64,000 bases of DNA from a virus. Lineage: Duplodnaviria; Caudoviricetes. Each line of letters opens with the position of its first letter. The first letter of the stretch is position 1. The notes under the pieces were generated by a model, which was not told where the DNA came from, ran no database searches, and worked only from the letters and a program-made list of their open reading frames with translations. The position numbers and the translations under genes are program-made. Positions 19,782-28,904 of the stretch are shown here, one piece after another. The stretch lies in the IMG/VR virus record IMGVR_UViG_3300014205_000194, positions 1 through 64,000 of that record. The stretch is one strand, 5' to 3'.

Positions 19782-20053
19782 TGAAGACATTCGGCGAATT
19801 CTTAACAGAAGCCCCTAGGATTAAGATAGTCCCGGTTAGAATTCGTGGTGGAAAAGTACAAAGAAGAAAGCGCGTTTCGGCCGTAAAAGGGTTTACGATT
19901 CGCGGCGGTAAAATGATTCGTATGTCTGCCCAGGAAAGAATGCATAGAAAGATGGGTGCGAGGAAGGGCAAAGTAAAACGCAGAGCAAAATTGGCCCGCG
20001 CAATCATGGCAAGAAAAAGAACAATGCGCCGACGCCATTCTATGGGTTTGTAG
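19781..20053 (+). CDS. Basic prohead core protein (gp68-like)
   Basis: MKTFGEFLTE start, very Arg/Lys-rich (RIRGGKVQRRK), directly upstream of gp21. Confidence 0.65.
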   Translation: MKTFGEFLTEAPRIKIVPVRIRGGKVQRRKRVSAVKGFTIRGGKMIRMSAQERMHRKMGARKGKVKRRAKLARAIMARKRTMRRRHSMGL

Positions 20054-20062
20054 AGGAAAGAA

Positions 20063-20716
20063 ATGAAACTTATTACAGAAATTACAGAAGATGTCCAGCT
20101 TGTAGTAGAGGCCAACGAGAATGGCGAAAAACGCCATCACATCGAAGGCATTTTTATGCAAGCGGAACAAAAGAACCGAAATGGACGTATGTATCCTAAA
20201 TACGTTATGGAACGCGAATTAGGCAAATATCAGACAATGATTGCTAATAAGCGAGCTCTCGGTGAATTAAACCACCCAGATAATCCGACAGTATCGCTGG
20301 AACGCGCATCGCATCTTATCACTATGCTAGAGTTCCGTGGTAATGATATCTACGGTAAAGCCAAGATCATGGATACGCCGATGGGCAAGATTGCCAAGAC
20401 GCTAATCGACGAGGGAGTCAAACTCGGAGTATCTTCTCGCGGTATGGGTTCTATTAAAATGAATAACGAGGGAGTCAATGTAGTTCAGCCAGATTTTATG
20501 CTTGCTACTATTGATATCGTTTCCGATCCATCCGGTCCCAATTGCTTCGTCAATGGAATCATGGAGTCGGCAGAATGGCTGTTCGATGAAAAACGCGGTT
20601 GGTATCCTGTGGATTTGATCGAACAAACACAGAAAGAGATTAACAAAGCAGTTTCGTCGAGGCAGTTAGAAGAGCAGAAACTTGCTATTTTCCATAAGTT
20701 TCTCCGTTCCATCTAA
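20063..20716 (+). CDS. gp21: Prohead protease gp21
   Basis: MKLITE, IEGIFMQ..KNRNGR.YP, ALGELNHP, GVSSRGMGS, DIVSDPS. Confidence 0.95.
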   Translation: MKLITEITEDVQLVVEANENGEKRHHIEGIFMQAEQKNRNGRMYPKYVMERELGKYQTMIANKRALGELNHPDNPTVSLERASHLITMLEFRGNDIYGKAKIMDTPMGKIAKTLIDEGVKLGVSSRGMGSIKMNNEGVNVVQPDFMLATIDIVSDPSGPNCFVNGIMESAEWLFDEKRGWYPVDLIEQTQKEINKAVSSRQLEEQKLAIFHKFLRSI

Positions 20717-20730
20717 GAGAAATTTATTTT

Positions 20731-20738
20731 TATAAATA
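20731..20738 (+). promoter_or_regulatory. T4 late promoter TATAAATA for gp22-gp23
   Basis: Exact consensus. Confidence 0.8.
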
Positions 20739-20765
20739 CATTTATAAATGTTTAAGGAGTTACCA

Positions 20766-21815
20766 ATGACTGTTAAAACACTTAGCGAAGCTGCTGCCGA
20801 CGTACTGGCCCAATCTAAAGCTAACGCTGACAAAGAAGAGATGCATAAACTTCCTGGGACCGAAGTTCAGGATCTTGGCGGATCGACCATCGAAAAACCA
20901 GAAGGTAATGCTGTTGGACAAGAAGCTTCGGCTAAAGTTACTCAAGCAGCCAAGCCGGGCCCGGCCCCTAAGATTGGTGCTGATCCGATGAAAAAACTCG
21001 GCGAAGAAATCGAAGAGGAAGATGTTACCGTCACCCCAGAACAAATTCGCGCAATGACAATCGAAAAGATGAAAACTCTTTCTGTTGCCGAAGATGTTGC
21101 TGCTATGTTCGCCGGTCAGGAGTTGTCGGAAGACTTTATTAAGAAAGCGACTACTATTTTCGAAGCCGCTGTAATTGAGCGTGCAGTTCTTGTAGTAGAA
21201 CAGCTAGAACAAGATATCATGGAAGCCGCTCAAGAATCGGTAGATTCCATTAAACAAGAGCTAGAAGAACAAATGAGCGCATATTCCGAATATGTTGCCA
21301 AAGAATGGCTCCAGGAAAATCGCCTTGCAGTTCAGTCTGGCCTGAAGGCAGAGCTAGTAGAAGGTTTCATGGAAGGGTTGAAAGATTTGTTCGCAGAACA
21401 TTATATCGATCTTCCAGAAGACAAAGTTGATATCGTAGAGGCTCTTACACAAGAAGTCCAAGAAACTCGCGACGAACTGAACGAAGCTATTAACGCTAAT
21501 GTTCATCTGTTACAACAAATCAACGAAGCCAAGAAAGAACAACTAACGAATTCAGTTTGCGAAGGTCTTACGGCCACGCAGGCGGAAAAAGTAAAATCGC
21601 TCGCAGAGAGCATTGAGTTCAGCACAGAAGCTGAATACGTAGAAAAAGTAAAGGTCATCAAAGAAAGCTATTTCACTGGTGCCCCTGTTAAAACAGTTCA
21701 ATCCGATGTTGCTAATAAGGAATTGATTGCAGAAGAAACCGCACAATTTGAAGTTGGTTCTTCTCCGCTCATGGATCAATACGTGAACGCAATTACCAGA
21801 ACGCAAATAAAATAA
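20766..21815 (+). CDS. gp22: Prohead scaffolding protein gp22
   Basis: Glu-rich, ELSEDF.KKATTIFEAAV, EWLQENRLAV, LFAEHYI. Start at ATG 20766 after aaggag. Confidence 0.9.
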   Translation: MTVKTLSEAAADVLAQSKANADKEEMHKLPGTEVQDLGGSTIEKPEGNAVGQEASAKVTQAAKPGPAPKIGADPMKKLGEEIEEEDVTVTPEQIRAMTIEKMKTLSVAEDVAAMFAGQELSEDFIKKATTIFEAAVIERAVLVVEQLEQDIMEAAQESVDSIKQELEEQMSAYSEYVAKEWLQENRLAVQSGLKAELVEGFMEGLKDLFAEHYIDLPEDKVDIVEALTQEVQETRDELNEAINANVHLLQQINEAKKEQLTNSVCEGLTATQAEKVKSLAESIEFSTEAEYVEKVKVIKESYFTGAPVKTVQSDVANKELIAEETAQFEVGSSPLMDQYVNAITRTQIK

Positions 21816-21833
21816 TTAGGAGTCACACAAACT

Positions 21834-23162
21834 ATGTTTATGTCTGAACATTTACAAGCCAAATGGGGCAAAGTTCTGGACCATCCAGATCTCGAAGCCA
21901 TTAATGATCCACATCGCCGTGCCGTCACTGCCGTTATTCTTGAAAACCAAGAACAGGCTCTGATCCAGGAAGGTAGCATCCTTAATGAAACCGCTCCGGC
22001 TAACATCACCGGTTATACTGGCGCTTCGACTGCTACTGGTCCGGCAGCTGGTTTCGATCCAATCCTCATCAGCCTTGTTCGTCGTTCGCTACCGAACCTG
22101 ATGGCCTATGACGTTTGCGGCGTTCAACCAATGACTGGACCTACTGGTCTGATCTTTGCAATGCGCTCGAAATATGCAAACGCTACCGCTCTGCAATCCG
22201 GCGAAGCTCTGTATAACGAAGCTAACACCGCATGGACTGGTACCGGTACCCATACTCCGTTCGATACGGCTAACGTCAACCCGGCTACTGGCAATACTTC
22301 GTACTTCGGTCTGGCAAATACCGGTCACGGTGTTACCACGGCAGTTGGTGAAGATCTTGGTGGTGCTACCGCAATGGCTGCCATGGGCTTCTCGATCGAG
22401 AAGGTAACGGTAACGGCAAATACTCGTGCATTGAAAGCAGAATACACGATGGAGTTGGCGCAAGACTTGAAAGCAGTACACGGTCTGGACGCTGAAACCG
22501 AACTATCGAATATCCTTTCGACGGAAATCCTTGCCGAAATCAACCGCGAAGTTGTTCGCACCATTTATGCTACTTCCGTTGTTGGCGCGCAAACTGCTAA
22601 TACCGCTGGTGTATATAGCCTGGCTACTGGTGCTGATTCGGATGGTCGCTGGCAGGTAGAGAAGTACAAAGGTCTTATCTATCAAATCGAACGCGAATGC
22701 AACAAAATCGCAAAAGATACTCGTCGTGGTAAAGGTAACATTCTTATCGTGTCGACTGATATCGCTTCGGCCCTTGCTATGTCCGGTCTGCTGGATTACA
22801 ACTCGGCTCTGTCGAATAACACCAACCTCGCTGTAGACGATACTGGTTCTACGTTTGCTGGTACTCTGTTCGGTCGTATTAAAGTGTACGTTGATCCGTA
22901 TTCCGTTTCGGGTGCTGATTATGTCGTTGCTGGCTATAAGGGCAAAAACGTGTTCGATTCGGGACTCTTTTATTGTCCTTATATTCCGCTCCAAATGGTC
23001 CGTGCAATCGATCCTAGCACTTTCCAACCGAAAATTGGATTCAAGACACGTTATGGTCTAGTTGCTAACCCATATGCTCAGGGCGCAACACAGGGTGCCG
23101 GTGCTCTTACGAACAATACTAACCAGTATTATCGAAAGTTTATTGTCACAAATCTTAAGTGA
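21834..23162 (+). CDS. gp23: Major capsid protein gp23
   Basis: FDPILISLVRR, GVQPMTGPTGLIFAMR, ELAQDLKAVHGLDAE, FQPKIGFKTRYG. Confidence 0.97.
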   Translation: MFMSEHLQAKWGKVLDHPDLEAINDPHRRAVTAVILENQEQALIQEGSILNETAPANITGYTGASTATGPAAGFDPILISLVRRSLPNLMAYDVCGVQPMTGPTGLIFAMRSKYANATALQSGEALYNEANTAWTGTGTHTPFDTANVNPATGNTSYFGLANTGHGVTTAVGEDLGGATAMAAMGFSIEKVTVTANTRALKAEYTMELAQDLKAVHGLDAETELSNILSTEILAEINREVVRTIYATSVVGAQTANTAGVYSLATGADSDGRWQVEKYKGLIYQIERECNKIAKDTRRGKGNILIVSTDIASALAMSGLLDYNSALSNNTNLAVDDTGSTFAGTLFGRIKVYVDPYSVSGADYVVAGYKGKNVFDSGLFYCPYIPLQMVRAIDPSTFQPKIGFKTRYGLVANPYAQGATQGAGALTNNTNQYYRKFIVTNLK

Positions 23163-23180
23163 GTGGATATTAGGTAACAC

Positions 23181-23204
23181 AAAGCCCGCTTTCGCGGGCT
23201 TTTT
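23181..23204 (+). terminator. Intrinsic terminator after gp23 (probably bidirectional)
   Basis: aaagcccgc-tttc-gcgggcttttt type hairpin (AAAGCCCGCTTTCGCGGGCTTTTT). Confidence 0.85.
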
Positions 23205-24559
23205 CATGACATCACAAAAGTCAACGTACCACAATCAAATATCTTTTTATATCCAATTTCCTCCGCCAACTCGGCTTCTGTAAGATGTGGTTTGTTTAAC
23301 TGTTTTAATAGCTCTTTCTTCGTGCAGTTTTGGCGATGGAGGACTGTAGAATTATTTAAATTAACGTATCGATATCCCGGTGGATTTGTTTTAAGAAGAG
23401 TAAACCCATTAGTCCTGTATACACTTCCGTTCGAATATAATCTATCTGCATAGGATATAATTGTTCCACTATAATTCTTTCTGAAATATTTTAATAGTTT
23501 AGAAAATCCACCCACGACGGATACATTAGTTTTACTTGCGAATCGCACTAATTCCCAATCATAATGTTTATTAAACCTAGATTTAGAAAAGGTCATTACA
23601 GACACCAGAGTATCTTTATGGTATAGACCAAGTTTAATTAGACTCTTATCTCTTCCTTGTATATGATTTTCTTCTAAAAATACATTCTTTTCGTGTATCG
23701 GTACATCACGAACCACGCAGTTTCTTGCATACACCTTATTTTTAATCAAACCAAGTTTATTAGATATAAACGACTTCCATATATCTTTAGTCTGGTGCCA
23801 TGAGTTGGAAAAGATGTGTACTAATTGGATACCGCTTTCTTCACATATATTTGTTTTAGTTACATGATATTCTTTACCCTTAATAGCCGCTGATGTTTTT
23901 TCGTGTGGTCTATAAATGTGCGAATAAATGCCATTATACTCTATAGCAAAGTTATGTTCTGACATGTAGATATCGAGCTCTTGTCCATTTCCTAGCACAG
24001 ATCTATTATTGATATCGATTGGCCCGTCGTATATACTTTCAATGAAATCTATGACTTCTTGACATTCTCTGGATGTAGTAACGTGTTTTCTTGGATATGA
24101 ATTAGGCTCGTTGGTTTCTATGTTATGTTTTGCCAGCCATACCGAAATAGTTGCCTTAGATGATCCAATAACATCGGCTATTTCATCGCACGTTTTCTTT
24201 TGATTAACATGCATATCATACAGGAAGTCCTTATTTTCTAATTTTATTTTGGTGTGTGAATTAGATTCGTTATACCTAACAGAAGGTATGTTATGGGATT
24301 TTAGCCACTTATTTACCGCTGTAGTAGAGCAACCCAACTCCTCTGCAATCAGATCCTTAGATTTTCGCTGGACTATTCTTTGATCATACAACCAGTCTTT
24401 ATCTGCCATTATTATATTATAGGGTTTATCTATGTTCCTATACTTCTTTGAGCATACATCTGAGCAGAATTTAGTATAACCTCGCGTTGAATATGCCCTG
24501 TTTATGTGTAATTCTTTACCACACCTACACAGTGGAATATTTTCTGTCATTCTATCCAT
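23204..24559 (-). CDS. Free-standing Hef-like homing endonuclease with HTH repeats
   Basis: CRCG/FCSDVC, two HTH repeats, ELDIY...AIEYNG.YSH, YARNC, FLEENHIQG, IFDCG. Confidence 0.8.
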   Translation of the reverse strand: MDRMTENIPLCRCGKELHINRAYSTRGYTKFCSDVCSKKYRNIDKPYNIIMADKDWLYDQRIVQRKSKDLIAEELGCSTTAVNKWLKSHNIPSVRYNESNSHTKIKLENKDFLYDMHVNQKKTCDEIADVIGSSKATISVWLAKHNIETNEPNSYPRKHVTTSRECQEVIDFIESIYDGPIDINNRSVLGNGQELDIYMSEHNFAIEYNGIYSHIYRPHEKTSAAIKGKEYHVTKTNICEESGIQLVHIFSNSWHQTKDIWKSFISNKLGLIKNKVYARNCVVRDVPIHEKNVFLEENHIQGRDKSLIKLGLYHKDTLVSVMTFSKSRFNKHYDWELVRFASKTNVSVVGGFSKLLKYFRKNYSGTIISYADRLYSNGSVYRTNGFTLLKTNPPGYRYVNLNNSTVLHRQNCTKKELLKQLNKPHLTEAELAEEIGYKKIFDCGTLTFVMS

Positions 24560-24741
24560 CCTTCAGCCAACCATCTACGATGTATCTGCTGACTAATTAC
24601 ACATCCGCCGAGAAAATACACCCGATAGGTGTTACTGTATTCGTGATATCCTAGCACGTTAGTTCTGTGTAGATCATAATGAGGTTGGTGTATAGATGGA
24701 CAATTAATCCAATATCGCTTTAGTTCTTGTGCCATATTCAT
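24547..24741 (-). CDS. Small hypothetical protein
   Basis: ggag RBS upstream. Overlaps the HEG start. Confidence 0.45.
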   Translation of the reverse strand: MNMAQELKRYWINCPSIHQPHYDLHRTNVLGYHEYSNTYRVYFLGGCVISQQIHRRWLAEGWIE

Positions 24742-24779
24742 TCTCCATAAATAGTGTTATATCATCAGAGTATTATACT

Positions 24780-24986
24780 ATGCGAATTGCCTCTCTCACC
24801 AAACAGACGTCGCCCTATCCACCTTATATCTCTATCAATGAGAATAGCGACGGGACTGTTACTATCGCGGTTAGATCGAATCCCGATGGACACCACGAAG
24901 GCAACTATTCTATCATTACGATATCTAAAGATGAATTCATTGATCTAACCAAACAAATCGTCGCCTATTTGGATATAACTGTATGA
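24780..24986 (+). CDS. Small hypothetical protein
   Basis: MRIASLTK...YISINE...VTIAVRS. Late box CATAAATA at 24746-24753, ATGA overlap with gp3. Confidence 0.5.
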   Translation: MRIASLTKQTSPYPPYISINENSDGTVTIAVRSNPDGHHEGNYSIITISKDEFIDLTKQIVAYLDITV

Positions 24987-25519
24987 CATGCAATACTGCA
25001 AATAAAAACTATCTTCAGGCATCTAAATTTCAGTTACAATTTGATAGATTGCCCGACGTATCTTTCTTTTGCAAGAGAGCCAATATTCCTGGTATATCTG
25101 TTCCTGGAAATATGAGACCAACTCCATTCACTGATCTACAAGTGCCGGGTGATAAGGTCATATTCGAGACTTTCGATGTTTATTTTGCTATCAACGAAAC
25201 CCTTTCGCCATGGAAAGAAATATTCGAATGGATGATAGGAATGGGCTTTCCTGAGAATTTCGATCAATACGCTAATCTAAAGAATCTAAGACCACAGCAA
25301 TTAATGGCAGCATTGAAAGATAATAACATTACTCCACAATATTCTGATGGTCAACTATCAGTATATTCGAACAAGAATAATCCATTAGTCAAAGTAAAAT
25401 ATGTAGATTGTTTTCCTACATTCCTGTCTTCTATTGATCTTGATGTGGAAGCTACTGCTGATGAGATTGTTATTGGACGGGCCAGTTTCATTTATTCTTA
25501 TTATACCTTTATTATATAG
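24983..25519 (+). CDS. gp3: Tail completion/tube terminator protein gp3
   Basis: NYLQASKF...FFCKRANIPG...VPGDK...SDGQL...CFPTFLS. Confidence 0.85.
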   Translation: MTCNTANKNYLQASKFQLQFDRLPDVSFFCKRANIPGISVPGNMRPTPFTDLQVPGDKVIFETFDVYFAINETLSPWKEIFEWMIGMGFPENFDQYANLKNLRPQQLMAALKDNNITPQYSDGQLSVYSNKNNPLVKVKYVDCFPTFLSSIDLDVEATADEIVIGRASFIYSYYTFII

Positions 25520-25563
25520 TCCAATTAGGAATGGGTTTGACCTCCCCTTTACGCCAACACCTA

Positions 25564-25592
25564 ATTATAACAATAAGTAGATATCGTGTCAA
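25564..25592 (-). promoter_or_regulatory. Consensus sigma70 promoter TTGACA-N17-TATAAT with extended -10, antisense to gp3
   Basis: Reverse complement reads ttgaca cgatatctacttattgt tataat. Confidence 0.75.
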
Positions 25593-25647
25593 TAGCTGTC
25601 AAGCATTATTTTAATACATTACACAAGGTTAATGTTCACGTAATGTA

Positions 25648-25676
25648 TATACGAGTAGGTGCAGGCGTAGTATAAT
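25648..25676 (+). promoter_or_regulatory. Early promoter TATACG-N17-TATAAT upstream of uvsY
   Basis: Same -35/-10 pattern as 32325-32353 and 43245-43273. Confidence 0.65.
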
Positions 25677-25706
25677 ACATTTCTGATAATTGTCTAAAGG
25701 TGAACC

Positions 25707-26147
25707 ATGATTCCTGTACCACTCTCTACACTAGCCGAACAATGGGAAAAAGACGCCGAGATCAATATGGTAGATCCGGGCGGAGAGTTGATTCGCATCC
25801 CTATGCTGCATTCTAAATACATCGGATACTTGTCTGCCCATTCTCTTTCTTCCAAGAAATATGCTGCTGATTATAGCCGCATGAAGAAGATTAAATGGGA
25901 ATACTATAACGGAAGGATGGATGCCGATGAGCTCAATAAGTATGGATGGGCTCCATTCAAGTTTCTCCTGAAAGCGGATATCAGTGTTTATCTGGAAGCC
26001 GACGAAGATCTGATTAAGATTAACTCTAAGAAACAAATGCACGATGAAGCCGTATCGTTCTGTACTGCTGTCGTGAAGGAACTCAATAATAGAACATTTC
26101 AATTGAGAGATTACATCAGCTGGTTAAAATTTAGTTCAGGTGGATAA
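25707..26147 (+). CDS. uvsY: Recombination mediator UvsY
   Basis: WEKDAEI...IPMLHSKY...KWEYYNG...YLEADEDL...NRTFQL. Confidence 0.88.
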   Translation: MIPVPLSTLAEQWEKDAEINMVDPGGELIRIPMLHSKYIGYLSAHSLSSKKYAADYSRMKKIKWEYYNGRMDADELNKYGWAPFKFLLKADISVYLEADEDLIKINSKKQMHDEAVSFCTAVVKELNNRTFQLRDYISWLKFSSGG

Positions 26148-26149
26148 TA

Positions 26150-27643
26150 TTGGAAGACGACATAAAAATAACAATAATAAATGAATCGTTTGTCAGAGTA
26201 GATTGCGACCCTGGTATATTCGAGGAACTGACTGAATACTTTACGTTCATGTCAGATAACTACAAATTCCATCCATTATACAAGAAGAAAATATGGGATG
26301 GACGTATTTCACTCTTGAACAGGAAGACTAAGTTACTACCCAGAGGGCTGGCAATATATCTTCCCGGTATTGCTAAGGATAGGGGTTATAGCTGTTCGTT
26401 CAAGGAAGAATCTACTAATTTTAGTCTGAAGGATGCCGAATATTTCGCATCTACACTAAAGCTACAGTCCAAAGGTAATTCTATAGAGTCTAAAGACTAT
26501 CAGCTGAGTGCATTCCAAAAGGCAATTAGTAACAAGCGTAGGCTGATACTTTCTCCGACTGCGTCTGGCAAGTCTCTGCTGATATATCTGATAGTCAGAT
26601 TCCTATTAGAGCACGAATGCGAGCGCGGTATTCTTATCGTACCTTCTATATCATTAGTACATCAGATGTTCAAGGACTTCAAGGACTACTCGGTTAACAA
26701 TAAATGGGACGTGGAGGGAAAATGTCACCTAATATTCGGTGGCCAGGATAAGAAAACAAACAAAGAACTCTGCATATCAACCTGGCAGAGTCTAGCCGAA
26801 TTAAAAGATCCTGTTTATTTCCATAGATTTGATTTTGTAATAGCAGATGAGGCGCACGGAGCCGGAGCGAAGGTTCTTACCGCTATTCTGAATAACATGG
26901 TAAATGCCAGATATAGAATAGGAACGACGGGTACAGTAAAAGATACAGAGGTTCATATATTAAGCATCGAGGGGCATTTTGGTCCGAAGTATGTTGCCGC
27001 GACGACTAAGCAACTAATGGATAGGGGTGATATATCCAAACTGGCAATTAATTTCATCACTCTACAATACCCGACTCCGGTCAGAGAGATAGTATCAAAA
27101 ATGAACTATCAAGGACAGGTAGATTATATAATGGCCTGCGAGCAGCGTAATAAATTTATAATCAAACTAGCCAACTCTCTACAAGAAAATACGTTAATAT
27201 TGTTTGATAGGATTGAAGCTCATGGAGACATCCTATATAAAATGATGAAAGAGAAAGTTTCTACTGATCGTAAGGTGTTTTACGTACACGGAGCAACCGA
27301 AGTAGAAGATAGGGAATTAGTAAGACAGTTGACAGAAACGGAAAAAGGCGCTATAATTATCGCTAGTCTCGGGGTGTTCTCTACTGGTATTTCAATCAAT
27401 AATCTACATAATGTTGTATTTGCTAGGATAGGTAAATCTAAAATAAAAATAATTCAGTCTATCGGCAGAAGTCTCCGTAAACATTCTTCTAAAGAAACCG
27501 CCACTTTATACGATATATCAGACAACTTTATTTTCAACAATAAAGTCAATTATTCTATAGATCATGCCCAGGAACGATATAAATTATATTCGGATGAACA
27601 ATTTACCATTAACAAATATAAGGTGCCAATAGATGTCAAGTAA
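26150..27643 (+). CDS. uvsW: DNA helicase UvsW
   Basis: WDGRI, SPTASGKS, DEAH, QSIGRSLR. Confidence 0.93.
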   Translation: MEDDIKITIINESFVRVDCDPGIFEELTEYFTFMSDNYKFHPLYKKKIWDGRISLLNRKTKLLPRGLAIYLPGIAKDRGYSCSFKEESTNFSLKDAEYFASTLKLQSKGNSIESKDYQLSAFQKAISNKRRLILSPTASGKSLLIYLIVRFLLEHECERGILIVPSISLVHQMFKDFKDYSVNNKWDVEGKCHLIFGGQDKKTNKELCISTWQSLAELKDPVYFHRFDFVIADEAHGAGAKVLTAILNNMVNARYRIGTTGTVKDTEVHILSIEGHFGPKYVAATTKQLMDRGDISKLAINFITLQYPTPVREIVSKMNYQGQVDYIMACEQRNKFIIKLANSLQENTLILFDRIEAHGDILYKMMKEKVSTDRKVFYVHGATEVEDRELVRQLTETEKGAIIIASLGVFSTGISINNLHNVVFARIGKSKIKIIQSIGRSLRKHSSKETATLYDISDNFIFNNKVNYSIDHAQERYKLYSDEQFTINKYKVPIDVK

Positions 27644-28082
27644 AGAAGATTATACTCCGTTGATTATGTATTTTAAACTAAAGAGCGGGGATGAGGTTGT
27701 TTCTGAAGTCATGTTCTTAGATGAAGACGATGAACTTGATGTTTGTGCAGATATTCTCATGTCCAGCCCATATAAGATTTCTTCATATATCGATACCGAC
27801 GAAACACAGAATGATCGTCAAGTAATGTTCCTTTCGCCCTGGTTGCCCATTGGTATTGTTAAGCGTAATGAATGTGTGTTGCAACTGATGGATGTCATTT
27901 GTTATGCAGAAATCACCGATAAATTCCTGGAACTTTATCTAGAGGCAGCAGAACAAAATGCGAAAGAATATGAAGAGGATGCGCCGGAACCGAGCAAGAT
28001 CCCTGAGAAGCCGAAGAAAATTGGCGATAATGTATTCTCCGCAAAATTCGGAAAACAACCAGAAACAGGAACAGAACAATGA
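27633..28082 (+). CDS. Hypothetical protein (Sm-like, conserved between uvsW and gp55)
   Basis: FKLKSGDEVV...PWLP motif, and synteny. Confidence 0.55.
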   Translation: MSSKEDYTPLIMYFKLKSGDEVVSEVMFLDEDDELDVCADILMSSPYKISSYIDTDETQNDRQVMFLSPWLPIGIVKRNECVLQLMDVICYAEITDKFLELYLEAAEQNAKEYEEDAPEPSKIPEKPKKIGDNVFSAKFGKQPETGTEQ

Positions 28083-28675
28083 GCAATCACTATGTTAAGA
28101 ATGCAGACTTCTTCAAAGGAATGGTAGATCACAAGAAGAAAGTAGATGAGGCAAAGCAGAACGGAACTCCACTACCAAAGATTCCAGACTATTTGGCCAC
28201 CTGTTTGGTTCTTATTGCAAAGAATCTATCAAACAAGCCCAACTTCTATTCATATACATTCAAGGAAGAAATGATCGGGGACGCAATCGAGAATTGTATC
28301 CTCTACTTCAACAACTTCGATCCGAGTAAATCAAACAATCCGTTCGCCTATTTCACCCAGATCATTTACTATGCATTCTTGCGTCGAATTGCTAGGGAAA
28401 AGAAACAGCTCTACGTGAAGTATAAATCATATGAGAAGTTCGGTGGGCTAGATGATGCAGAGAGGGACGAACTGGAAGAGAACGGAATCAACACTGCTCA
28501 GTTCGAGATGTACGAGAATATTTCTGAATTTATCGAAACATATGAACTGACGGTTAAGAAAAATAAAGATAAAAATGCAAAGCCTTCTAAGAAAACTAAG
28601 CTAGAGCTTCTGTTTGACGAGGGCGAAGAGGTGATTGAAATTGACGAAACAATTGGTATTATCCCACAACTTTGA
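28079..28675 (+). CDS. gp55: Late transcription sigma factor gp55
   Basis: HYVKNADF...KPNFYSYTFKEEMIGDAIENC...NPFAYFTQIIYYAFLRRI. Confidence 0.93.
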   Translation: MSNHYVKNADFFKGMVDHKKKVDEAKQNGTPLPKIPDYLATCLVLIAKNLSNKPNFYSYTFKEEMIGDAIENCILYFNNFDPSKSNNPFAYFTQIIYYAFLRRIAREKKQLYVKYKSYEKFGGLDDAERDELEENGINTAQFEMYENISEFIETYELTVKKNKDKNAKPSKKTKLELLFDEGEEVIEIDETIGIIPQL

Positions 28676-28904
28676 TATCGGCGATGTCGTCTGGGACACG
28701 GTTAATCCTGGGCTATCTACTGTAATAGGTATTACATATACAATTGGGTGTCCTGGTATCGGTGATGGTAGGGAATATTGTAGAGGTAATCTAGTATATT
28801 GGGTTAATCGTGGTCCGTTCAATGGACAACGATCTCAAGATAATTTGCATTACCCAACTATACATACAGATGGTACTCCTCTACCAACTACCAACGAGGC
28901 ATGA
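28635..28904 (+). CDS. Hypothetical protein
   Basis: Fills the gap between gp55 and gp47. FDIGDVV (SH3-like) motif. Confidence 0.45.
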   Translation: MKLTKQLVLSHNFDIGDVVWDTVNPGLSTVIGITYTIGCPGIGDGREYCRGNLVYWVNRGPFNGQRSQDNLHYPTIHTDGTPLPTTNEA

